Origin: Candidatus Parcubacteria bacterium
GTDB lineage: Bacteria; Patescibacteriota; Patescibacteriia; Patescibacteriales; UBA12075
Direction of reading: 5' to 3'
Assembly (NCBI GenBank): GCA_023137275.1
Contig: JAGLPO010000040.1
Span: forward strand, 1-46,318
Length of the DNA stretch: 46,318 nucleotides
Positions within the stretch are counted from its first letter, which is position 1, and every line of letters starts with the position of its first letter. Of the stretch, positions 33,695 through 42,780 are shown piece by piece. A program made the translations under genes and the position numbers. The notes under the pieces were generated by a model. The model saw only the letters and a program-made list of their open reading frames with translations, was not told where the DNA came from and ran no database searches.

Positions 33695-36600
33695 ATGAAG
33701 TATTTATTTTCAAAAAAAGTTTTTTTAGGTTTGGTGGTTTTTGTTTTTATGCTTATAGCACAAAGCAGCACAATGGTTTCTTTGGCAGAAGATGGTGAAT
33801 TTATAGCGACAGGAAGCATGAATGTTCCTCGACTAGGACATACTGCCACGCTTCTGTCTAATGGGAAAGTGCTTATCACTGGCGGAGATAGCAGTAATAA
33901 TATCGCGAAATATCATAATTCCGCTGAACTCTATGATCCTGCATCTGGCACGTTCAGTTATACGGGCAGCATGTCAACGGGAAGGAGTGCGCACACGGCC
34001 ACATTATTAGCCAATGGCAAAGTCCTGATTACCGGGGGCATGGATCAATACTTAACTGATCATACTCTCGATTCAGCGGAGATTTATGATCCTGAAACAG
34101 GTACGTTTATCCCAACAGAAAAAATGACAACAAAACGCCAGTGGCATCAGGCTGTTTTATTGAATGATGGCCGTGTTCTGATAGCTGGCGGGTTTGACAG
34201 TCAAGCCCCTACTACATATTTAAATTCTTCCGAAATCTACGATCCTGCTACGGGCTTATTCACTCCCACGGGAAGTATGAACGTTCCAAGGATTTGGTTT
34301 GCGATGACGGCTTTAAGCGACGGCCGCGTGTTGGTTGCGGGCGGATCTGATCATTATGCGGGGTCGACTGAAACTAGCGAATTGTATGATATTTCTACTG
34401 GAATATTTTCTTATTCTGGAAATTTTGCTACTCCTAGGTGGATTCATGAAGGAGTGTTGCTTAATAATGGCGACGTGCTATTTGCCGGCGGCTCTAGTTA
34501 TGCCTCAGGCGAGACGCGTCTTAGATCGGTAGAAATTTTCAACATATCAAATAAAGAATTTTCTTCGGCAGCCGATATGAATAGTGCGAGACAGGGTCCT
34601 TCCGCGACACTTCTTGCGGATGGCAACGTCTTTGTTGCCGGAGGACACAATGGCGCTGTTATTGTAGATACAGCTGAGATTTATGATAAAGATTCCGGCG
34701 TATTTACTCTGACAAACAGTGCTATGACCACAGCTCGATACGGGCATAAGGCAACTAAGTTAAATGACAATACTGTATTATTGACTGGAGGACTAAATGA
34801 GAATAATGTCATATTGGCATCCTCGGAGAGATATGTTACCGTCCCAAAGTCGGCTGAAAATGTTTTATTCTATGATGATTTTAATGACAACGTTATTGAT
34901 TCAGCCAAATGGACCATATCGGGCAATAGTGTGTATGAACAAGATGGTGTAATGCAAGTAAAAACGGAGGTAACTGATTCCGGTGGCCATCTTTGGTCAA
35001 AATGGATGCCGATAAATGGCGTTGAACCAATTATAGTAAGCCGCAGAACATTTCAACATTTTCAAGGTAACTACATTGGACGCCATCAGTTATTATTTGA
35101 TTTAGATGGCGACAATGTAACAGATTTTGGTTTCGGCGTTGGATATGCAGATGACTCATATGTTAATTCGTCAACTGATAACTGCGCTCGGTTTGGTTTT
35201 TATTTATATGAAGGATTGAGTGGTTACGGAAGGTGCTCAACTATTCATAGCGGTCCAATTTCGCCTATATGGGATACATGGTTTGATGAAGAAATTACTT
35301 ATGATCCCGTCTCTGGAATTTTAAGTTATGCAATAAACGGCCAAGTACAAGATGCTTTGGCAGTCGGTATGTTGCCGACAACTCAGAATATCCGAATGCG
35401 ACTGCATTTTGTGGCATGGGGATGGTATACGGGGCATTACGATTATTTTGACGATATTTCGGTTGTTCAGTCAAGCCAAAATCAGCTGCAATGCTCCGAT
35501 TGGATTGATAATGACGGAGATGGTTTTGTGGATATGAATGATCCAGGGTGCCATACAGATTATGATGCGAATAATAGTGATTCGTATGATCCGTTAATTT
35601 CTAACGAACAAAGAGATGAAAATATCGGCTTGGTTGCGTATTATCCTTTTTCTGACGGCGCTAATGACGAAAGCGGCAATGAAAGACATGGCGTTGTTTA
35701 TGGCGCTTCGCCTTTCAGCAACAATATGATATCTTCTGCCTATTACTTTGATGGTGTTGATGACTATATTGATATTCCGGATCTTTATTTTAAGAATGTT
35801 ACTGTTTCCGCAATCGCGCGTTATGACCTTGAATCAGTTCCTCTAAATAGTAACGACAAGAAAGTCTCTAATATTATTAATGGGTGGAAGGATACAGAAA
35901 ATTTTTCGCTTCTAATAAGAGAATATCCTGAAGGTAAAAAATTTGTAGGCGCGTTTCATGAATATGTTGAAACAGGCGTTTGCTATAAAGAATTTAAGAC
36001 TTTATCCAATACAATTATCCAGGCCGGAGAATATTATCATGTAGCGCTTACTTATAATGGAGAGTATATTCGTATGTATATTAACGGTGAATTTGAAAGC
36101 GAAGCCATGCGATCTGATGTTGCTTATAGTTGTTCCGCAGACATTTCTATTCTGCCGGATATACGCATAGGCGTGGATAGGGTGGATTCAGGGCACTTCA
36201 AAGGATTGATTGATGAAGTTCGTTTATATGATATGGCTCTATCGGAAGCTGAAATTCAAAAACTTTATAATACTAAAGAGCCAATTCTTGAATATTCAAC
36301 TGAAGCTGGGTACAAAGACACAGAACTTGAGGAGCCGGAACCTTTCAATATAAACTTTGGGCTTCATCCCGACAAAGGTACGGCAAATAAAGACGAGTTG
36401 ACATTTAAAGTGGTGTGCAAAAACAAAGACAAGCCTGATGAAGTAAATGTTATTCTTGATCACATCGTTGGTATTGACGAGAAAAATGCTTTTTACGAAC
36501 AGTCTGTTGCGTTTATCAAACCTGATAATGGCACGATCCTATTTAGAGAGATAGACGATAACCCGCTTTATAGTTATGTTGGATATGACTCACCAGGTGC

Positions 36601-39583
36601 TGATAGAGATGGTTTTACTGAAGGAGAATCAATAGATTTTGTTTTTTCAGGATATCCCAAAAAAGAAATAAAAATCGGTCTTATGGTGGAAGAGTCAGGT
36701 TCATGGCCGGGTCTTCCGTATGTTACACTGCAACTGCAAACCTATTACGCTGACGGATCTTTTATTTCGGAAACAGAAGAAACATTTTCTTTCGAAGAAG
36801 GGTTTGATAAGGAAGAATGGGCCGGTGTTCGTATTTTGCACGAAAAAAGCGATATAGCTAAAGTAAAAATGAGCATTAAAGAAAGCAGTCAAACTGAAAC
36901 TTGGATAAGAATGTTTGAAATAATAGAATCCATACCTATGCAAGTTGACACGCAGTCAGAATCAGCTGAATTTAGAGACACTAATTATGAGAACGGTGAG
37001 CAGTACTTCGCATCATCAACTTTCCCCAAAGGAGAATATCAATTTTATTTTGAAGCAAGCAACGGAACAGAAGCGGCAAGACTTCCTGCCACAACCACGC
37101 TTTCCTTTACCACGGGGTATAATGGCATAGCTTTTTTGCCCGGGATAATGGGTAGTAATTTAATGATAGATGGTGAAGACATATGGCCATTGGAGCATGA
37201 TGTGGTAGATGATTTAAAAATGAAGAATGGAGAAAGTGATAATAAAAATGTTTATACCACAGAAGCAAGAATTAACATTCCTCCATTGGTGGATAAAAAT
37301 GGTAAGTTTATTGATTATTTAGAAAAATTAGATGTGCCAATTAAGACAATACCCTATGACTGGAGATTGGACTTTGATTCAGTTATAGAAAATGGTGTAG
37401 ATGTTGATGGAAATATATATTATGCAAGCACAACTTTATCTACCACATCTAAATCATTTGTTCTAAATACTATAAAGAATTTAAGTGAAGAATCATCTAG
37501 CGGTAAAGTGACTATAGTGGCTCACAGTATGGGGGGATTAGTTATGAAAAGGTTAATGCAAAGATTGCAAAATGACGATCCAGTGCTTAGTGAATATAAC
37601 TATTTGCTAAAAAAAATTGACAGAATAATATTTGTAGCTTCTCCTCAAATTGGCACACCGGATGGTCTAAAAAGTCTTTTGCATGGAAAGGATTTACCTG
37701 GTTTTTATCTAATTCCAAGTAAAGACGAGGTTAGGAAATTGGGCAGGGATACTATTAGCACTTGTTCACTTATTCCATCTCAAGAATATTTTGACAAGGT
37801 TAATGAATTGGATGAGAATGATAATCCGGTGCCAGTGGAAGTTATTAAGTTTGATAAAAACATAGAAAATATTAATTACGAAGATGATGAATATTTTGCT
37901 GAATATTATAATAATTATGATTTTAAAGATAATGAATATTATTTTATAAAAGATTATAATGAATTAATAGAATTTGCTACAGATCAAGAACGAGATGGGC
38001 ATGTTGAGAATTTAATTGACCCACTGGTGTTAAAACCACATATAATAAGTTCTGCCAGTAGTACCCATACTGACAAATATGGAATTGATGATTGGAAAGT
38101 GCCAAATAATTTGAAAATATACCAAATAGCTGGATATGGCAAAGATAAAACAGTAAGAGGAGTCCGCTATTTCGCAGATAAAATATGGTTCAAAAATCCT
38201 TTCACAGAAGCTAAATTTAAACTGGGGAAAGAGATTTTGCATACGCCGGAGGGCGACGAAACTGTTGTTGTGCCAAGCGCGGTATATCTTGATAATGTGG
38301 AGTCTTTTTATGTAAATTTAGAAGAAACCGGAGGAAAGCATAGCGATATAATGGATGTTCAAGAAATAATAGATTTTGTTGATAATCTGATATTTCGAGA
38401 TGATAATATTATATTAACCGATGACATTGGTACAACCTCTCCTCAAACTAGCAGAATGTACATCAGCGTCCATTCCCCAATCACAATCGGCGTATATGAC
38501 AATCAAGATAATTTTACAGGGATAATTTATGATGACGAAATTGGCGCATTAACCATTTACGAAGAAATACCCAATAGTTCTTATTTTGAAGAAGGTGAAG
38601 GAAAATATTTATCGCTTGAACCAAGACAGGAATACCATGTAGTAATGAAAGGTATGGACGAAGGTTATTTTACTTTTTTTGCAGAAGAAGTTCATGGAAT
38701 GAGTGCTGTCCAAGAAATTGCATATCATAATGTGCCTGTTAAACCCAATACTGTTGCCAGAATAACATTTAATGAAGAAAATATAGTCGGAGAATTGATC
38801 ATGGATGAAGACGGAGATGGAGAAACGGATTATTTAATACCGTCATCTGAAAGTTATTCAGACAACGAAGCTCCTACTTCTGAGATAGATTTAATCGGTT
38901 ATGAAATCAATGATTTAATTTTTATCAATGAAGTAGAAATAGTAATTAACGCGGAGGATAATAATGGAGGAGTTGGTGTTGAGAAAATAGAATATTCTTT
39001 TGATAATGGAGAAACCTGGCAAGAATACACCGATCCTATTACTATTTCAAATTACGGAGAACATACAATTCAATACCGCAGCGAAGACTGGTTCGGAAAT
39101 TTAGAAGAAACAAAGAGTGAAACCTTTTGGGTGGTTACAGCCAATGAGCTTATTGGCGATGTTCTGGGTGAGTTATTAAATTACGAAGGTGATAAAAGTA
39201 TTGTAGCAACAGCCACCAAACAAATTGAATTAGCTTTGAATGAAAAGTTTTGGTCGGATAATAACCACCTGGAAAAGAACGGGGGACAGAGCGTATTCTC
39301 GCATTTAGAAAACGCAATAAGGCATCTGGAGGGAATTGAGAGCATGGAAGAAGTAAGGCGTAAGATCGCGTTGGCAGTTGAAATTTTAGTTACATTAGAG
39401 ATGGAAGAAGTGGAAGGATTTGAGAGTGATAAGAAAAATCAAAAAGCCATTAATAAAGCCAATGATAAGATGAATGAATATTATGACGAAGCTCAAGATG
39501 GCGAGAACGCATTGGACAAAATAATTGGTTTATTCAGTAAAGTTTGGCATACTGTGATGCAGATTAAAAATTTATTAAAGTAA
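33695..39583 (+). CDS. 1962-aa secreted multidomain protein: Kelch beta-propeller, concanavalin/LamG domains, lipase-like alpha/beta hydrolase and Ig-like C-terminal domains
   Basis: Signal peptide. Six to seven Kelch-like repeats (R.GHTATLL.NGKVLITGG). LamG_3-like LVAYYPF...HVALTYNGEYIRMYINGEF...IDEVRLYDMALSEAEIQKLY. Nucleophile elbow VTIVAHSMGGLV (AHSMG as in Bacillus LipA-type lipases). Confidence 0.75.
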   Translation: MKYLFSKKVFLGLVVFVFMLIAQSSTMVSLAEDGEFIATGSMNVPRLGHTATLLSNGKVLITGGDSSNNIAKYHNSAELYDPASGTFSYTGSMSTGRSAHTATLLANGKVLITGGMDQYLTDHTLDSAEIYDPETGTFIPTEKMTTKRQWHQAVLLNDGRVLIAGGFDSQAPTTYLNSSEIYDPATGLFTPTGSMNVPRIWFAMTALSDGRVLVAGGSDHYAGSTETSELYDISTGIFSYSGNFATPRWIHEGVLLNNGDVLFAGGSSYASGETRLRSVEIFNISNKEFSSAADMNSARQGPSATLLADGNVFVAGGHNGAVIVDTAEIYDKDSGVFTLTNSAMTTARYGHKATKLNDNTVLLTGGLNENNVILASSERYVTVPKSAENVLFYDDFNDNVIDSAKWTISGNSVYEQDGVMQVKTEVTDSGGHLWSKWMPINGVEPIIVSRRTFQHFQGNYIGRHQLLFDLDGDNVTDFGFGVGYADDSYVNSSTDNCARFGFYLYEGLSGYGRCSTIHSGPISPIWDTWFDEEITYDPVSGILSYAINGQVQDALAVGMLPTTQNIRMRLHFVAWGWYTGHYDYFDDISVVQSSQNQLQCSDWIDNDGDGFVDMNDPGCHTDYDANNSDSYDPLISNEQRDENIGLVAYYPFSDGANDESGNERHGVVYGASPFSNNMISSAYYFDGVDDYIDIPDLYFKNVTVSAIARYDLESVPLNSNDKKVSNIINGWKDTENFSLLIREYPEGKKFVGAFHEYVETGVCYKEFKTLSNTIIQAGEYYHVALTYNGEYIRMYINGEFESEAMRSDVAYSCSADISILPDIRIGVDRVDSGHFKGLIDEVRLYDMALSEAEIQKLYNTKEPILEYSTEAGYKDTELEEPEPFNINFGLHPDKGTANKDELTFKVVCKNKDKPDEVNVILDHIVGIDEKNAFYEQSVAFIKPDNGTILFREIDDNPLYSYVGYDSPGADRDGFTEGESIDFVFSGYPKKEIKIGLMVEESGSWPGLPYVTLQLQTYYADGSFISETEETFSFEEGFDKEEWAGVRILHEKSDIAKVKMSIKESSQTETWIRMFEIIESIPMQVDTQSESAEFRDTNYENGEQYFASSTFPKGEYQFYFEASNGTEAARLPATTTLSFTTGYNGIAFLPGIMGSNLMIDGEDIWPLEHDVVDDLKMKNGESDNKNVYTTEARINIPPLVDKNGKFIDYLEKLDVPIKTIPYDWRLDFDSVIENGVDVDGNIYYASTTLSTTSKSFVLNTIKNLSEESSSGKVTIVAHSMGGLVMKRLMQRLQNDDPVLSEYNYLLKKIDRIIFVASPQIGTPDGLKSLLHGKDLPGFYLIPSKDEVRKLGRDTISTCSLIPSQEYFDKVNELDENDNPVPVEVIKFDKNIENINYEDDEYFAEYYNNYDFKDNEYYFIKDYNELIEFATDQERDGHVENLIDPLVLKPHIISSASSTHTDKYGIDDWKVPNNLKIYQIAGYGKDKTVRGVRYFADKIWFKNPFTEAKFKLGKEILHTPEGDETVVVPSAVYLDNVESFYVNLEETGGKHSDIMDVQEIIDFVDNLIFRDDNIILTDDIGTTSPQTSRMYISVHSPITIGVYDNQDNFTGIIYDDEIGALTIYEEIPNSSYFEEGEGKYLSLEPRQEYHVVMKGMDEGYFTFFAEEVHGMSAVQEIAYHNVPVKPNTVARITFNEENIVGELIMDEDGDGETDYLIPSSESYSDNEAPTSEIDLIGYEINDLIFINEVEIVINAEDNNGGVGVEKIEYSFDNGETWQEYTDPITISNYGEHTIQYRSEDWFGNLEETKSETFWVVTANELIGDVLGELLNYEGDKSIVATATKQIELALNEKFWSDNNHLEKNGGQSVFSHLENAIRHLEGIESMEEVRRKIALAVEILVTLEMEEVEGFESDKKNQKAINKANDKMNEYYDEAQDGENALDKIIGLFSKVWHTVMQIKNLLK

Positions 39584-39695
39584 ATCCGTAGGAACGCGCC
39601 GCGGCGCGTTCTGGTAACAAAAATAATTTTGAAAATTTGTAAAAAAGTAAAAAGTATGATATTATACAAATTAATTAACATAACTGTTAATCTTT

Positions 39696-40262
39696 ATGTC
39701 TAATATCACTAAAAGAATAGTAAAATTAGCAATTTCAAAAAAATCGGTTTTCACTACCGATGAATTGGCTTTGGCATGGAAAATTACAAACAAAAATGTT
39801 TTGCGGGTAACAATTAACAGAAGCATTAAAAATAATTTTCTTAAAAAAATCAGAAGAGGAATTTATTCATTGGACAAAAAAGAAATCAATGTTTTTGAGT
39901 TAGCCTGCAAACTTAAAAAAAGGTCATATATCAGTTTTGAAACAGTATTAAGCCAAGAGGGAATAATATTTCAATGGCAAGATAAAATATTTTTAGCCAG
40001 CGACAGGACGTCAGAGATAAAAAATAAGCAAGGGAAATTTGTTTATAAAAAAATACCTGATAAAGCATTATATAATAATGACGGAATAATTAATAAAAAA
40101 AATTATTTTATTGCCACCAAAGAAAGGGCATTGTGCGACAAAATATATAAAGACGGTATAAGCTATTTTGATGATTTATCAGGGATAGATAGAAAAAAAA
40201 TATTTAGAATAGCCAGGCTTTATAATAAAAGGCTGGAAAGAGATATTAAAAAAATATTATGA
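39696..40262 (+). CDS. abiEi: AbiEi-like antitoxin / transcriptional regulator (type IV TA, abortive-infection AbiE family)
   Basis: N-terminal wHTH-like VFTTDELALAWKI...NFLKKIRRGIYSL. 4-nt overlap (ATGA) with the downstream AbiEii-like gene. Confidence 0.55.
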   Translation: MSNITKRIVKLAISKKSVFTTDELALAWKITNKNVLRVTINRSIKNNFLKKIRRGIYSLDKKEINVFELACKLKKRSYISFETVLSQEGIIFQWQDKIFLASDRTSEIKNKQGKFVYKKIPDKALYNNDGIINKKNYFIATKERALCDKIYKDGISYFDDLSGIDRKKIFRIARLYNKRLERDIKKIL

Positions 40263-40981
40263 GAATAGATAAAGAAAAACATAAAAAAATAATGCTGAGC
40301 ATATTGGCGGATATTTCCAAAGATCCCGAGTTATCTGTTAATCTTGGCTTTAAAGGCGGTACCTGCTGTTATTTTGTTTATGGTTTGGATAGATTTTCCG
40401 TAGATTTGGATTTTGATTTGCTGGACGCGGGAAAAAAAGATTTGGTTTTAAAAAAAATGGATGAATTATTAAAAAAATACGGAACAATTAAAAAAGAAAG
40501 CAAAGAATCGCGCGTAAAATTAAAATATTCAGATGACAGCAGCGCTTTAAAGATTGATATTTCATCAAGAGATGAATTAAATCGTTTAAATAGCTATGAA
40601 ATTACAGATATTGTATCAGGCGTTCCCTTGAATATATTAAAACAAGAAGATATGTTCGCGCACAAGCTTGTGGCAGTTAAAGATAGATTTGAAAATAAAT
40701 CAGCAAATAAAATAATCGCTAATAGGGATATTTATGATATAAATTTTTTCTTTAATAAAAATTGGGGGATTAATTATGAGATAGTAGCGCTTAGAAGAAA
40801 AAAAGACGCGAAATTATATTTTAAAGAATTAATGGAATTCATAAAAAAGAATGTTGATAATAAAAATATTTTAGACGGGATTGGGGCTTTGGTCAGTGAT
40901 GAAAAAAGAAAATGGGTAAAAAATGAATTAAAAAATGAAGTTATCAAACAATTGGCTATTCAAATTAAGTCAATGGAGTAA
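40259..40981 (+). CDS. abiEii: AbiEii/AbiGii-family nucleotidyltransferase toxin (DUF1814)
   Basis: FKGGTCCYFVYGLDRFSVDLDFD matches the GG[TS]...R.S.D[IL]DF nucleotidyltransferase signature of AbiEii. Confidence 0.65.
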   Translation: MRIDKEKHKKIMLSILADISKDPELSVNLGFKGGTCCYFVYGLDRFSVDLDFDLLDAGKKDLVLKKMDELLKKYGTIKKESKESRVKLKYSDDSSALKIDISSRDELNRLNSYEITDIVSGVPLNILKQEDMFAHKLVAVKDRFENKSANKIIANRDIYDINFFFNKNWGINYEIVALRRKKDAKLYFKELMEFIKKNVDNKNILDGIGALVSDEKRKWVKNELKNEVIKQLAIQIKSME

Positions 40982-41016
40982 TTTTACGGTTTATTAGATT
41001 TTTTATTTATTTCACA

Positions 41017-41115
41017 AATCCCATCAAAAAGCCGACCCTGACCATGTTTACCTGCCACCCGATCTATTCAACCGAGAAAAGATTAGTGGTGATAAGTGAG
41101 CTGATAGAAAATTAA
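41017..41115 (+). pseudogene. Orphan 3'-terminal fragment of a sortase gene (second copy)
   Basis: 41035-41122 matches 33213-33300 (81/88 nt). Translates in frame to TLTMFTCHPIYSTEKRLVVISELIEN-stop. No upstream coding continuation. Confidence 0.85.
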
Positions 41116-41187
41116 TACAGATATTTCCGTAGGAACGCGCCGTGGCGCGTTCCTGTAAATAGCCAATAGAAGAATTGCGATTTTTTT

Positions 41188-41216
41188 TTGACAAATATCA
41201 GCTAATATGCTATAAT
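41188..41216 (+). promoter_or_regulatory. Consensus sigma70 promoter TTGACA-17-TATAAT
   Basis: Exact consensus hexamers with a 17-nt spacer, read directly. Confidence 0.75.
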
Positions 41217-41222
41217 TTTTTA

Positions 41223-41368
41223 TGTTAATAGCTTTTAGTCAAGGAATTTGAATACCCCAAGGGTGCCCCGCAGGAAATGCTCTTGGGGTGCACTTCTTTC
41301 GGGGCGTATTCCCGACTACTGTTAGTGCCCTTTGGGCATAGAATGCCCCTTTTAGGGCCAATTTAATT
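41223..41368 (+). promoter_or_regulatory. ~145-nt structured 5' leader (riboswitch or attenuator candidate)
   Basis: ACCCCAAG / CTTGGGGT 8-bp helix (41254-41261 / 41282-41289). Successive mutually exclusive hairpins TGCCC/GGGCA, GGGCAT/ATGCCC and GCCC/GGGC, the last overlapping the only purine-rich RBS-like AGGG. Confidence 0.45.
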
Positions 41369-42757
41369 ATGGCAAAAAAGAAGAGCAAAAATAAAATAAA
41401 AAAGAAATGGATAATTTGGCTGATATTAGGCGGAATTTTTTATTTGTTTAAAGATTTAGTAAAAGTTGGGAAAAAAGCAAAAAAGATTGAACAAGAAATA
41501 AAAGAATATACCAAAGAAGAAAAAAGAGAGATCAACGAATTAATGGATCACAAAGAAAGCTGGTCTAAATTTTCCAGTGATTCCAAAAAGCTTTTAAAAG
41601 ATTATTTCATACCGCACAGCGGCAACTGCCATAAGCCTAAATTTCTTCATCCAAAGTCATTAATAACAATTGCCCTGGTTGTGCTGCTTATCAAAGCCGC
41701 GACTGTCGGCTTTTTGCTTTTATCATACCCGCAGGGGGCCAGGGTATCAAGCCAGATAGTCAGCCGCGTTCTGGAGCTGGTTAACGCGGACAGGACAGAG
41801 GCCGGCTTTGGCGCGCTTGCCGTGAATCAGGCATTAGCCGCTTCCGCTTTGGCCAAGGCCGACAACTTGATCGCTAATGATTATTTTGCTCATACCTGTC
41901 CGGAAGGCAGAAAGCCCTGGGACTGGATAGATCGCGGGCAATACCAGTATTTATTTGTCGGTGAGAATCTGGCAATGAATTTTACGACCGCTGATTCGGT
42001 TCACGCGGCATTAATGAATTCGCCCAGCCACAAACAGAATATTTTAAATGACCGCTATAATGATGTCGGAATCGCCATGGTAAGCGGGCAGATCAATGGC
42101 CGGCAGACCAATGTGCTGGTCCAGCATTTTGCCGCCAGAAATAATCCCCACGCGGCTATTGCCGCGATCAAAGACAGTTCTGCCGGAACAACCAGGGAAG
42201 CGGCTCTGCCGCCCCCGGCGCCAGACATTGAGCGGGAAGAAACAGAATCAGCGCTGGCAGCGCAGGAAAAAATCGCGGTATTAAAAAAGGAAGCCTTGCC
42301 ATTGCCTCCGCCACCTCCCAGCATCGCCGAAGTACCTATGGCCAGCGAGTTTTTGCCAGCGGTTAATTTAATAAGCCAAAATCATATTGGCGGCAGGGAA
42401 GAGAATATCGCGCCTGAGTTGATTTCGGATATGGAGCAAATTAATCCGGCGGCCGCCAACATCAGTCCTAATGAAGCTCTGGAAAAGAACCTTGTAACCC
42501 GGGTGCTTTCGGTCGCGAATCCGGTTGATGAAAAACTGGTGCTAACAAGCAAGCGGGTTAAATATGCTAATTATATATTTTTAAGCATTTTAACTCTGGT
42601 AATAATTGCCTTGATCATAAATATCATTATTCGCGTAGAAATCCAGCATAAGCATGTGATCGCCCGGACTTTAGCCTTAATTTTGTTTATTTCCAGTATG
42701 ATATTTTTCAAATTTCATTATCTGGAAAGCGGAATCTCTAACATTTTACTTTTATAA
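41369..42757 (+). CDS. Membrane-anchored CAP/SCP/PR-1 (YkwD-like) domain protein with a Pro-rich region and C-terminal TM helices
   Basis: NADRTEAGFGALAVNQALAASA...DYFAHTCPEG...GENLA...MNSPSHKQNIL...DVGIA is the CAP-domain pattern. Confidence 0.75.
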   Translation: MAKKKSKNKIKKKWIIWLILGGIFYLFKDLVKVGKKAKKIEQEIKEYTKEEKREINELMDHKESWSKFSSDSKKLLKDYFIPHSGNCHKPKFLHPKSLITIALVVLLIKAATVGFLLLSYPQGARVSSQIVSRVLELVNADRTEAGFGALAVNQALAASALAKADNLIANDYFAHTCPEGRKPWDWIDRGQYQYLFVGENLAMNFTTADSVHAALMNSPSHKQNILNDRYNDVGIAMVSGQINGRQTNVLVQHFAARNNPHAAIAAIKDSSAGTTREAALPPPAPDIEREETESALAAQEKIAVLKKEALPLPPPPPSIAEVPMASEFLPAVNLISQNHIGGREENIAPELISDMEQINPAAANISPNEALEKNLVTRVLSVANPVDEKLVLTSKRVKYANYIFLSILTLVIIALIINIIIRVEIQHKHVIARTLALILFISSMIFFKFHYLESGISNILLL

Positions 42758-42780
42758 ACCAAAACAGCAAGAAAAATGTA

